In this document: in pieces, positions 1 to 8,474 of the stretch | Layout: the number at the start of each line of letters is the position of its first letter | Numbering within the stretch: the first letter of the stretch is position 1 | From: an uncultured bacterium | GTDB lineage: Bacteria > Eisenbacteria > RBG-16-71-46 | DNA length: 54,367 bases | NCBI GenBank assembly: GCA_964619155.1 | Contig: CAZUEM010000004.1 | Coordinates: 1 to 54,367, forward strand | Reading direction: 5' to 3' | Translations under genes and position numbers: made by a program | The notes under the pieces: model-generated | Seen by the model: only the letters and a program-made list of their open reading frames with translations | Told to the model about the DNA's origin: nothing | Database searches by the model: none

Positions 1-2
1 AG

Positions 3-500
3 CTCGCGCTGGCGAGCGTCGCGCGCCTGGCCCCTGGCGCGGACGGCGTCGACGCGGCCGAGCTCGCGCGCGCGTTGCCGCTCGCGGCCGAGGAGCTGGA
101 CGGCTTCTTCGAGTCCGAGATCCTGCCGGGCCTGCCGGCGGCCGGGCGGGCCGCGGCCGGCCGCGACCCGCGCGTTCCGGTGCGGTTGCAGCGCTCGCCG
201 CTCGTGCCCATGCGCGGCCTTCAGCCCGGCATGGAGGCCGCGCCGCCCGGGGTCGCCGAAACGCTGGCCGCCGTCGAGGCCGCGCTGCCGTCGGGGAGCA
301 CCGCGGTGGACCTCGCGTGGTTCGCGTGCGACGGGCGCCGCACGATCGGGGAGATCGCGGCGCTGCTCGCCGACGAGGGCTGCGACGCGCGCGAGGAGGA
401 CGTGGCGAAGCTGTTCGAGGTCACCGCGGCGCTCGGGGCGAGCACCTGGGCGCCGGGCCAGGCCTCGAGGGGCGAGGCGGCGTTCTCGAACGGAGCCTAG
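3..500 (+). CDS. 5'-partial CDS, hypothetical protein with a PqqD/RRE-like winged-helix C-terminus
   Basis: The frame is open from the window edge (no stop from nt 3) and ends at TAG 498-500. The TTG at 75 used by the ORF track is probably internal. The C-terminal stretch AVDLAWFACDGRRTIGEIAALLADEG..EEDVAKLFEVTAALGA fits the xDGxRT/SxxEI...DVxxF pattern I associate with PqqD-like domains. Confidence 0.5.
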   Translation, partial: LALASVARLAPGADGVDAAELARALPLAAEELDGFFESEILPGLPAAGRAAAGRDPRVPVRLQRSPLVPMRGLQPGMEAAPPGVAETLAAVEAALPSGSTAVDLAWFACDGRRTIGEIAALLADEGCDAREEDVAKLFEVTAALGASTWAPGQASRGEAAFSNGA

Positions 501-1171
501 GGGCCGCCGGGCGCGGCGGGCTTCGCCGCCGGCTTCTTCACCGCCGGCTTCGGCGCGGGTTCGAGGCGCGCACGCTTCACGAGGGCGAGTTGCTGGGGGT
601 TCGGGCCGTTCTGGTTGCGCGCGATGCCGGGCGTGTTCGCGAGCGCCGCGATGCGGTCGGCGACTTCCATCCCGGAGATCACGCGCCCGAACACGGTGTA
701 GCCGCCGCGGTCGAGGTCGGGACGGTCGGCGACGCAGACGAAGAACTGCGAACCGTTCGACTCCTTCGCGGGATTGACGGCGTCGGGCATGCGGGCCATC
801 GCGACGGCGCCGCGCACGTGCGGCAGGCCGATCTCCGCGGGCAGCGTGTAGCCGGGCCCGCCGAGCCCGTCGTTGAACGGGTCCGCGTCGCGCGAGAGCG
901 GGTCGCCGCCCTGGATCATGAAGCCGGGGATGACGCGGTGGAAGCAGGTGCCGTCGTAGAAGCCGGTCGCGACGAGGCGCCGGAAGTTCGCGGTGGTGCG
1001 CGGGGCCTCCTTCGTCGCGAGCCGGATGAGCATGCGGCCCTCGGCCGTCTCGAGGACCACCACGGAATCCGCGGCGGGTGCGGACGGGCGCGCGGCGCTG
1101 GCCGCGGCGGGCGCGGGGGCGCCGGAGGCGAGCAGCGCGAGCAGGGCGAACGGGCGGAGCCAGCGGTTCAT
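497..1171 (-). CDS. ppiA: Peptidyl-prolyl cis-trans isomerase, cyclophilin type, exported
   Basis: 224 aa with a signal-like N-terminus (MNRWLRPFALLALLASGAPAPAAA). Cyclophilin motifs are FHRVIPGFMIQGGDP, GGPGYTLPAE, NGSQFFVC and YTVFGRVISGMEV. GGAGGA lies upstream of ATG 1171. The C-terminal tail is Ala/Lys/Pro-rich. Confidence 0.9.
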   Translation of the reverse strand: MNRWLRPFALLALLASGAPAPAAASAARPSAPAADSVVVLETAEGRMLIRLATKEAPRTTANFRRLVATGFYDGTCFHRVIPGFMIQGGDPLSRDADPFNDGLGGPGYTLPAEIGLPHVRGAVAMARMPDAVNPAKESNGSQFFVCVADRPDLDRGGYTVFGRVISGMEVADRIAALANTPGIARNQNGPNPQQLALVKRARLEPAPKPAVKKPAAKPAAPGGP

Positions 1172-1202
1172 CGGTTTCCTCCGGTGGTTCGTGAGGCGGG
1201 CG

Positions 1203-1232
1203 ACGCTAGCGGGCGTGAAAAGACCGCGTCAA
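1203..1232 (-). promoter_or_regulatory. Candidate sigma-70 promoter for the cyclophilin gene
   Basis: On the minus strand: TTGACG (1232-1227), an 18-nt spacer, then TAGCGT (1208-1203), about 30 nt upstream of ATG 1171. This is motif matching only. Confidence 0.3.
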
Positions 1233-1325
1233 GGACGCGCGTGCGCGAATCGCCCGCTGCGCGCGGGCGGGCTTGTGGCTATACTCTCCGCCCGCCGTCG
1301 CACCCGCACGGGTCTTCCTTCCGCT

Positions 1326-2084
1326 TCACGATGCCGGCGCCAGCGCCGCCACGCCCCACAGGCGTCCGGTGCGGCCGTCGTCGCGACGGTGGGAGAAGTA
1401 CCAGTGGGGTTCGCATGCGCAGCACGCGCCGGTGTCCTCGATCGCGTCGGGCCGCACGCCCGCCGCTTCGAGGGCGATGCGGGCCGCCGTGGGCAGGTCG
1501 AGGCGCGGTCGTCCGGCGCCCGGCCGCACCGCGGCGGCGGGAAAGCGGGAGGCGACCTCGTCGCCGACCTCGTAACAGCAGGCCCGGATGCACGGGCCGA
1601 TGTGGACCGTGACGTGCTCCGGCGCGCAGCCGGCGCACGCGCACAGCGCCGCGAGGGCGGAGGCGGGCATGCCGTCGGCCGTCCCGCGCCAGCCCGCGTG
1701 GGCGGCGGCCACCGCCCCGGGGGCGACGTAGAGCAGCGACATGCAGTCGGCGGTGGTCACGGCCAGCGCCAGGCCGGGCACGCGCGTCACGAGCGCGTCG
1801 CAGCGGTCCTGGTGGCCCGGCCCGGTCACCTCCACCACGCGGGCGCCGTGCACCTGGCCCGCCGTGGCCAGCCGCGCGGGCGCGAGCCCGAGCGAGGCGA
1901 GCAGCCGGGAGCGGTTCCCGGCGACGGCTTCGGGACGGTCCTCGGTCGAGCGGCCGAGGTTGAGCGAGTCGAATGGCGCGGCGCTGGTGCCGCCGCGCCG
2001 GGTGCTGAAGGCGAGGCGCGTTCCCGGGATGGCGGGAGCGGGCTTCCACAGGGGAACGGGCGCGGTGCGGTCGAGCGTCCACAT
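1326..2084 (-). CDS. pgeF: YfiH/PgeF family (DUF152) purine nucleoside phosphorylase / peptidoglycan editing factor
   Basis: 252 aa. Family-typical stretches are FSTRRGGTS..FDSLNLG, GQVHGARVV, TADCMSLLY, AAHAGWRG and HIGPCIRACCYEVG. Confidence 0.85.
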   Translation of the reverse strand: MWTLDRTAPVPLWKPAPAIPGTRLAFSTRRGGTSAAPFDSLNLGRSTEDRPEAVAGNRSRLLASLGLAPARLATAGQVHGARVVEVTGPGHQDRCDALVTRVPGLALAVTTADCMSLLYVAPGAVAAAHAGWRGTADGMPASALAALCACAGCAPEHVTVHIGPCIRACCYEVGDEVASRFPAAAVRPGAGRPRLDLPTAARIALEAAGVRPDAIEDTGACCACEPHWYFSHRRDDGRTGRLWGVAALAPAS

Positions 2085-2144
2085 GGGCGCGGCACGCTAG
2101 GGAGGCGTGCGCCCGGGGTCAAGCGCGGAACGCGCGAAGGAGAG

Positions 2145-5135
2145 ATGCGAACGGTGAACGCACGTCAGGCAGTCCTGCTCGCCGCGGTGGCCTTGGCCGC
2201 CGCCGGATCGCTGGAGGCTCTCGCGCAGGCGCCCTCGGGCCGCCCCGCGGCGGCGCCGGCCGCGAAGCCCGCGGTCGCCACCGTGGGCGCGCGCCCGATC
2301 GCGCGCGAGGACTGGGAGCGCCGCTCGGCCGCCGCGCTCGAGGACTTCCGGCGCCGGAGCGGCTCCGCCGAGTTGCCGGACGAGGTCCGCGACATGGTGC
2401 GGCGCCAGGTGCTCGAGAGCCAGGTGCGCATCGAGCTGCTGGCGCTCGAGGCGAAGCGGACGGGGGTGACGGCGTCGGCCGCCGAGGCCGAGGCCGTGCT
2501 CAAGCAGGACCCGTTCTTCAACCCGGGCGGCAAGTTCGACGAGCAGCGCTTCCTCGCGATCAAGACGGGCCAGAAGCCCGCCTTCGACGCGACGATCGCG
2601 GCGCTCGCCGAGCAGGTCGCGGCCCGCAAGCTGAGCGCGCGGATCGAGGCGCGCTACCGGCCGTCCGACGACAGCCTGCGGCGGGCCGCCGTGCGCGCGC
2701 TCTCGCGGGTGACGCTCGAGCACCTGTCGCTGCGCACCGGGGAGTTCGAGGGGGCCTATCCCGAGCCGCGCGAGCGGGACGTGCTGGACTACTACGCGGC
2801 GCACGCCGCCGACTGGCAGCGGCCCGACCGCGCCAGCCTGACCGTCGCGTTCGTGAACTCGCCCGGCCTCACCGAGGCCGAGCGCTCCGCGCCGGGCGGC
2901 GTCGAGGCCTGGACGCGGCGGATGAAGGCGGTCGCCGACAGCATCCTCGGGGAGGTGCGCGGCGGCGCGACGCTCGAGCAGGCGGCCGGCTTCCTCGGGC
3001 CGCGCCCGAACACCGTGGTGACCAGCGACAACTTCCCGGGCTACTGGCGCGCGTCCGAGTCGCTCAACCGGCGGCTCTTCGACCCGGCCGGCGTCGGCAA
3101 GGTGATCCCGGAGGCGTTCCCCGCCGCCGAGGGCTGGCTCGTCGTGCGCGTGGACCGCATGACGCCGGCGCACGTCGCGCCGCTGCGCGACGTGGCGCGC
3201 GAGATCCGGGGCATCCTGCGCAAGGACCGCCGCGAGCACCACGGCGAGCGCGAGCAGCGCGCGCTCTACGCGCGGGTCCGCGACTCGCTGGCGGCGCCGG
3301 GCTGGCGTTTCCGCCTCGCCGTCTCCGACACCGCCGACGTGCGCGTGCCGGAACCGACGGCGGCGGAACTCGACCGCTACTACCGCGGCCACCTCGCGGA
3401 CTACTCGGGCTTCGACCCCAAGACCGGGAGCATCGTCTCGCGGTCGCTCGCCGAGGTGCGCGAGGAGGTGCGCGCGCGCTGGTTCGCCGAGCAGCGCCGC
3501 GTCGAAACGCGGCTGCGCGCCGAGGAACTGCTCAAGGCCTGGCGCGCCGGGCGACGCGACGCGCGGCTCGAGTCGCGCCTGCGTGTGCGTGAGACCGCGC
3601 CGCTGGTCGCGGGCGCCGACCTCGGCGAAGGCGCCGGCTTCGCGGCTCTGCGGGACACCGTGTGGGCGTACGCCGACCCGCGGGGGCCGGGCCTCGTGCA
3701 GGCCGGCGGCGGCTGGATCGTGTGGACCGTCGCGGGGAAGGTGGAGCGCGCGGTGCCGAGCTTCGAGCAGGCCCGGCCGCTGCTCGCGCGGCGGGCGGCC
3801 GAGGAGCAGGCGATCGCCGAGGAGCGCGGAGCCCGCGCCCTGTTCGAGGCCGACCCGAAGCGCTTCGGCGGATCCGAGGTCATCCATTTCACCCGCTTCC
3901 CGGTGACGCCGGTCTCGCCCCTCGGCGTTCCGCTGACGCGTCAGGAGGTCGAGAACCACCACCGCGCGAACCTCGACAAGTACTCGGCCCCGGAGCTGGT
4001 GACCGCGAGGCACATCCTCGTCCGGCCCGCGGCCGAGACGCCGGAGGCCGACGCGGCGGCGCGCGCGCGCGCGGCCGACCTGCTGCGGCGGGCCCGCGCC
4101 GGCGAGGAGTTCGCGAAGCTCGCCCGCGATCAGTCGGACGACGAAGCTACGAAGGACAAGGGCGGCGACCTCGGCACGTTCGGCCGCGGCACCATGCTCG
4201 ACGCGTTCGAGCGCGCGGTCTTCGCGCTCCGGCCGGGGGAATACGCGCCGGAGCCGGTGCGGACCCCGCTCGGCTGGCACGTGATCTACTGCAGCGACCA
4301 CGTGCCCGCGGTGATCCACAACCTGGACTGGATCTACGCCATCGTCGGGTCGGACGCGGCGCGCGAGAAGGCCGCGCGCATGGCCGCGGCCCGGGCCGAC
4401 AGTTTCACCCGCGCGCTGAAGGGTCCCGCCGAGGCGCGCGCCGCGGCGAACCGGTTCGGCCTGACGATGTTCTCGCTCAGCAAGGTGAAGGGCGAGTCCT
4501 CCGTCAACCCCGGGCTGGCCGAGTACTTCGCACGGCTCGACCGCGCGAAGCCCGGGGAGATGGTGGCCCGGGCCGAGCGGATGCCGGGCTCGGACTACTT
4601 CGTGACGTGGGTGGACAGCATCGTCCCCCAGCGCGCGCCGAGCTGGGAGTCCGCGCGCCGCGCGGCGCTCGAGGAGTACCGGCGCGGCGCCGGCGCACGG
4701 GCGATCGAGTCGAAGAAGGCGGAGCTGGACTCGCTGCTGGCGTCGGGCTGGTCGCTGGACAGCCTCGGCGCCCTGTGGGGCGGCCTCGAGCGGGCGGCCG
4801 ACCTCCAGCCGAACCGCGGCCTCTCCGGCCTGGGCGGCGGGCCCGCGCTCGACTCGCTGGTGCGCGAGGCCCCGGGACGCCGGCCGCTGCGGCCCGGCGA
4901 GGTGAGCGGCTGGCTCGCGCTCCCGGGCGGCGCGTCGCGCGTCCGCCTCGTGTCGCGCTCCGAGCCCTCGCGCGAGCAGTTGCTCGCGCGCATGGAGAAC
5001 GACCGCGCGGCCGCGGTCGAGCGCGGCCTCATCGCGTACTTCGATGGCCTGCGCAAGCGCTGGCCGGTCCGCATCCTCGACGCGCGGATGCGCGAGGTGC
5101 TGCCGGCGCAGCCTCCGCCGCCCGACGCGTTCTAG
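2145..5135 (+). CDS. Large periplasmic PpiD/SurA-like chaperone with a parvulin PPIase domain
   Basis: ATG 2145 is preceded by GAAGGAGAG and followed by a signal peptide (MRTVNARQAVLLAAVALAAAGSLEALAQAP). A parvulin domain lies at about nt 4005-4300 (ARHILVRP..GGDLGTFGRGTMLDAFERAVFAL..PLGWHVIYCSDH). The upstream part of ORF 993..5135 is a shadow extension. Confidence 0.85.
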   Translation: MRTVNARQAVLLAAVALAAAGSLEALAQAPSGRPAAAPAAKPAVATVGARPIAREDWERRSAAALEDFRRRSGSAELPDEVRDMVRRQVLESQVRIELLALEAKRTGVTASAAEAEAVLKQDPFFNPGGKFDEQRFLAIKTGQKPAFDATIAALAEQVAARKLSARIEARYRPSDDSLRRAAVRALSRVTLEHLSLRTGEFEGAYPEPRERDVLDYYAAHAADWQRPDRASLTVAFVNSPGLTEAERSAPGGVEAWTRRMKAVADSILGEVRGGATLEQAAGFLGPRPNTVVTSDNFPGYWRASESLNRRLFDPAGVGKVIPEAFPAAEGWLVVRVDRMTPAHVAPLRDVAREIRGILRKDRREHHGEREQRALYARVRDSLAAPGWRFRLAVSDTADVRVPEPTAAELDRYYRGHLADYSGFDPKTGSIVSRSLAEVREEVRARWFAEQRRVETRLRAEELLKAWRAGRRDARLESRLRVRETAPLVAGADLGEGAGFAALRDTVWAYADPRGPGLVQAGGGWIVWTVAGKVERAVPSFEQARPLLARRAAEEQAIAEERGARALFEADPKRFGGSEVIHFTRFPVTPVSPLGVPLTRQEVENHHRANLDKYSAPELVTARHILVRPAAETPEADAAARARAADLLRRARAGEEFAKLARDQSDDEATKDKGGDLGTFGRGTMLDAFERAVFALRPGEYAPEPVRTPLGWHVIYCSDHVPAVIHNLDWIYAIVGSDAAREKAARMAAARADSFTRALKGPAEARAAANRFGLTMFSLSKVKGESSVNPGLAEYFARLDRAKPGEMVARAERMPGSDYFVTWVDSIVPQRAPSWESARRAALEEYRRGAGARAIESKKAELDSLLASGWSLDSLGALWGGLERAADLQPNRGLSGLGGGPALDSLVREAPGRRPLRPGEVSGWLALPGGASRVRLVSRSEPSREQLLARMENDRAAAVERGLIAYFDGLRKRWPVRILDARMREVLPAQPPPPDAF

Positions 5136-5160
5136 GCGCGCCGAGGACGCTGCGATTCCC

Positions 5161-5197
5161 CGCGGCCGGGCCGTGCGAAATGCACGGCCCGGCCGCG
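5161..5197 (+). terminator. Intrinsic-terminator-like hairpin downstream of the PpiD-like gene
   Basis: Perfect 16-bp stem (cgcggccgggccgtgc / gcacggcccggccgcg) with loop gaaat, 26 nt after stop TAG 5133-5135. There is no clean U-tract (ccgccttcc follows). Confidence 0.5.
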
Positions 5198-5251
5198 CCG
5201 CCTTCCGGAACGCACGGGATTCTCAGGTCGGGGGGCGAAACGGCCGATGGT

Positions 5252-6622
5252 ATGGTGCGTGCTGACGCCTTCCCCGGAACCCTTCCCATGGCCACCCTTC
5301 CGACCGAGAACGTGAACGCCTCCCCGAAGCGCGTCGTGCTGGTGGACTTCGACTGGGCCGACGCGGACCTCATGCCCGAGCTGCTGCGCCGCCCGGGCGT
5401 GGCGGTCCGCCTCGTCGCGGGCAACCACGCCCAGGATCCCGGCCTGCGCGTCGCCGAGATGTGCGGCCTGCCCCGCACTCTCGACCTCGCCGACCTCACG
5501 CGCGAGATCTTCGACCTCGCGATCGTCGGGGAGAGCAGTTCGCGGCGCTCGCAGCTCGAGAGCCTGCTGCTGGCCCTCGGCACGCCCTGCCTCACGCCGC
5601 AGGAGTTCCTGCGCGGCGGTTCGGGCGCCTCGGCGCCGCCGACCGCGATCGAGGCCCCGCTCGCGCTGCACGCGGCCGCGCTCGAGCACACCCTGGGCGG
5701 CAGCAACTTCGACGCGCTCATCGAGCAGGCCCTGCCGGACCTCGGCGCCGACGCCCCGGTCCGGCCGGCGCCGGTCAAGCCGGCCGCGCATCCCCGCATC
5801 CGCATCGCCAGCTTCGAGGACTTCCCCTCGCACGAGGCCCGCGCCCACCTCGAGGAAGCGCTCAAGGACCTCGTGCTCCACTCCGGCGCGGGCACCGCCG
5901 AGCTCCACGCCGGCGACGGCGGCTCGTTGCAGCTGCTGGCGCAGGTGGGGCCCGAGGACAAGCTCCTGCGCGGGCTCGTGGACCTCGCGAACGAGATGGG
6001 CACCCCGCAGGTGATCACGCGCCTGTCCGACCCGGGCCAGGGCAAGGCCTGGGGCGCATGGCCGTTCCGCACCTCGCAGCGCCGCGGCGTGCTCGCGGCC
6101 GCCTCGCTCGACCCGCAGGCGGGCTGGGGCGCGTGGCAGAAGATGGTGGACGAGCTGCGCGATTCGTGGGAGGAGCAGGACCGCGAGCGCGCCGGGGCGT
6201 CGTTCCCGTTCACGCCGCTGCGCTCGCCCGGCTGGCTCTCGTGTGACGAGTTCGGGGCGCGCATCGAACTGGCGCTCGAACGCAACCGGCACGACCGGAT
6301 GCGCTTCGAACTGCACCGGCTCGACTTCCCGGACGCACCGGTGGCCGTGGAGGCCCTGTGCGGCTGGCTGCCGGGGCAGATCCGGGACTCGGACTGCATC
6401 TGCCGGCCGGCGCCCGGAAGCGTGCTGATGCTGACCGCGGGCCCCTCGGAGGCGTACGTCTACCTCCGGCGCCGGCTGCTGGCGCTGTGGGACACGGCCT
6501 GGCGCGATTCCGGCGCCGCCCCTCCCGCGCCCGCGCTCGTGGACCAGCACGTGGCGATGGCCGGCCCCGAGGACGCCGAAGCGTTCCTCGCCGCGGCCGG
6601 GGCCTGGCTCACGCGGCGCTGA
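5252..6622 (+). CDS. Hypothetical cytoplasmic protein, possibly regulatory (GAF-like middle, degenerate GGDEF-like C-terminus)
   Basis: In-frame starts at ATG 5252 or ATG 5288, neither with a good SD. Unlike the overlapping Arg/Pro-rich shadow ORFs, the amino-acid composition is normal (D/E/L/A-rich). The C-terminal pattern RFELHRLDF..EALCGWLPGQIRDSDCICRPAPGSVLMLTAG..YVYLRRRL resembles a GGDEF fold that lacks the GGDEF signature. Confidence 0.55.
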   Translation: MVRADAFPGTLPMATLPTENVNASPKRVVLVDFDWADADLMPELLRRPGVAVRLVAGNHAQDPGLRVAEMCGLPRTLDLADLTREIFDLAIVGESSSRRSQLESLLLALGTPCLTPQEFLRGGSGASAPPTAIEAPLALHAAALEHTLGGSNFDALIEQALPDLGADAPVRPAPVKPAAHPRIRIASFEDFPSHEARAHLEEALKDLVLHSGAGTAELHAGDGGSLQLLAQVGPEDKLLRGLVDLANEMGTPQVITRLSDPGQGKAWGAWPFRTSQRRGVLAAASLDPQAGWGAWQKMVDELRDSWEEQDRERAGASFPFTPLRSPGWLSCDEFGARIELALERNRHDRMRFELHRLDFPDAPVAVEALCGWLPGQIRDSDCICRPAPGSVLMLTAGPSEAYVYLRRRLLALWDTAWRDSGAAPPAPALVDQHVAMAGPEDAEAFLAAAGAWLTRR

Positions 6623-6713
6623 GCGCCGCCGCGCCGTCCGCGGCCCGCAACCACCGCCCGCTTGACCCTGCCGGGGGAGCGGGGCACTGTGCGCGCCTTC
6701 CACTGGAGGACGC

Positions 6714-8474
6714 GTGTCCCGTCCCATCCGCCGCCTGCCCGAGGAGACGGCTTCCCGGATCGCCGCGGGCGAGGTCATCGAACGGCCGCTCTCGGCCCTC
6801 AAGGAAATCCTCGAGAACGCTCTCGACGCCGGCGCCCGGCGCGTCGAAATCCGCGTCGAGCGCGCGCTCGACCAGGGCTTCGTCGTGTCCGACGACGGGC
6901 ACGGCATCGCCCCGGGCGAACTGGAACTGGCGCTCGAGCGCCACGCGACCAGCAAGCTGTCGGCGTTCGACGACCTCGACCGCCTGGCCACGCTGGGCTT
7001 CCGCGGCGAGGCGCTGCCGAGCATCGCGGCGGTGAGCCGCCTGCGCCTCGTCTCGCGGCCGCGCGAAACGGAGGCCGCGGCGTTCGTCGAGGCGGAGGGC
7101 GGGCGCGTGACGGGCCGCGGGACCGCCCCGCGCTCGCCGGGCACGACCGTCGAGGTCCGCGACCTGTTCTTCAACACGCCGGCGCGGCGCAAGTTCCTCA
7201 ACACGCCCGGGGGCGAGCTGCGCGCGGCGCTGCGCATGATCGAGGGCTACGCGCTCGCCCGTCCCGAGGTCGCGTTCCGCATGCTGGTGGACGGCAAGGA
7301 GCGCTTCGAGTGGGGCGAGGCCGCGGGGCGCCGCGAGCGCGCCGGCCAGATCTGGGGCGCGCGCCACGCGGAGCAGCTCGTCGAGGCGCTCGGCGAGCGC
7401 GGCGGCGCGCGCGTGCACGGCCTGCTCGGGCTGCCGGAGCACGCCCGGGCCACGCGCGAGGGCCAGGTGTTCCTCGTCAACGGCCGCTGGATCCAGAACG
7501 CCGCGCTCTCGCAGGCGCTGCGCCACGCGTACGGCAACCTGCTTCCCGGCGGCCGCTTTCCCTCGGCGGTGCTGTGGGTGGACGTCCCGCCGGAGCGGCT
7601 CGACGTCAACGTGCACCCGACCAAGCGCGAGGTGCGCTTCGCCGACGACGACGCGATCTTCGCGCTCGTGGCCGGCGCCTGCGCGCAGCCGCTCTCGAAG
7701 CTCTACCCGCCCTTCACGGTGGTGCCGGGGGGCGCCGCGGAGTCCCCGCAGCCGTCGTGGGCGGAGCGCGTGCGCGAGGGCCCGCCCGCCGACGAGGCCC
7801 AGCTCGGCCTCGCGCTCCCCGGCGCGGCGCCCGCGCCGGCGGCCGGCGGCGGCGCGCCGGTGGGGACCGCGCCGGCCGCCGAGCCCGAATTCTGGCAGCT
7901 GCACCGCACGTACATCCTCGCGCCCGTGCGCGGGGGGCTCGTCATCCTCGACCAGCACGCGGCGCACGAGCGCATCCTCTACGAGGAGGCCCGCGCGCGC
8001 CTCGAGGGCCGCGAGGGCGCCTCGCAGGGGCTGCTCTTCCCGGCGCTCGTGGACCTGACGCACGCGCAGTTCGAGATGCTGCTCGAGTCGGTCCCGATGC
8101 TGCGCCGGCTCGGCTGGGACGTGACCCCGCTCGGCCCGCCGACCGTCGTCATCCAGGGCGTGCCGTCGGGCCTCAAGGTCGAGCACCCGGGGCTGCTCCT
8201 GCAGGACCTGCTCGACGGCGCCGCCGACGGCGCGCTGCCGCACCAGCACCACGGCGGCCCGGCGCTCGCGCAGGACGACCTGCTCGAGCGCCTCGCGCGC
8301 TCGCACGCCTGCCACTCGGCGGTGAAGGCCGGCGACGCGCTGTCCGTGGACGACATGCGGGCGCTCGTGGACCGGCTCTTCGCGACCGCGCGGCCGCACG
8401 GCGACCCGCACGGGCGGCCGACGTTCGTGCGCATGGAGCTGGACGAGCTGCACCGCCGCTTCGGGCGCTCGTGA
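6714..8474 (+). CDS. mutL: DNA mismatch repair protein MutL
   Basis: GTG 6714 is preceded by GGAGGA. The N-terminal GHKL ATPase motifs are IRRLPEETASRIAAGEVIERPLSALKEILENALDAG and GFRGEALPSIAAVS. The C-terminal dimerization region includes QLHRTYILA. Confidence 0.92.
   Translation: MSRPIRRLPEETASRIAAGEVIERPLSALKEILENALDAGARRVEIRVERALDQGFVVSDDGHGIAPGELELALERHATSKLSAFDDLDRLATLGFRGEALPSIAAVSRLRLVSRPRETEAAAFVEAEGGRVTGRGTAPRSPGTTVEVRDLFFNTPARRKFLNTPGGELRAALRMIEGYALARPEVAFRMLVDGKERFEWGEAAGRRERAGQIWGARHAEQLVEALGERGGARVHGLLGLPEHARATREGQVFLVNGRWIQNAALSQALRHAYGNLLPGGRFPSAVLWVDVPPERLDVNVHPTKREVRFADDDAIFALVAGACAQPLSKLYPPFTVVPGGAAESPQPSWAERVREGPPADEAQLGLALPGAAPAPAAGGGAPVGTAPAAEPEFWQLHRTYILAPVRGGLVILDQHAAHERILYEEARARLEGREGASQGLLFPALVDLTHAQFEMLLESVPMLRRLGWDVTPLGPPTVVIQGVPSGLKVEHPGLLLQDLLDGAADGALPHQHHGGPALAQDDLLERLARSHACHSAVKAGDALSVDDMRALVDRLFATARPHGDPHGRPTFVRMELDELHRRFGRS

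Noticed and set aside
1270-1290. A TATACT hexamer with a nearby TTGTGG on the plus strand (gcttgtggctatactctcc), which looks like a promoter -10.
   Set aside because: The putative -35 is only 1-2 nt from the -10, which is the wrong spacing. The nearest plus-strand gene starts about 860 nt downstream. The element lies in the pgeF-to-cyclophilin spacer of the minus strand.
993-2144. The 5' two-fifths of the 1380-aa ORF 993..5135 (+), which would make the PpiD-like protein much longer.
   Set aside because: This part is Arg/Ala/Gly-rich low-complexity sequence. It lies antisense to two well-supported genes (cyclophilin and pgeF). A good SD (GAAGGAGAG), ATG 2145 and a signal peptide mark the real start.
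2097-4319. 740-aa ORF on the minus strand, antisense to the PpiD-like gene. The smaller antisense ORFs between 2165 and 5074 belong to the same case.
   Set aside because: It has a typical high-GC shadow-ORF composition (R, A, G, P dominated), no recognisable motif, and complete overlap with a gene that has clear parvulin homology.
6662-8470. The N-terminal 600 aa of the 920-aa ORF 6662..9424, which would fuse an Arg-rich region to MiaA. Also ORF 6609..8453 (-).
   Set aside because: It overlaps mutL in another frame. MiaA homology, including its P-loop, begins only at GTG 8471, which overlaps the mutL stop.
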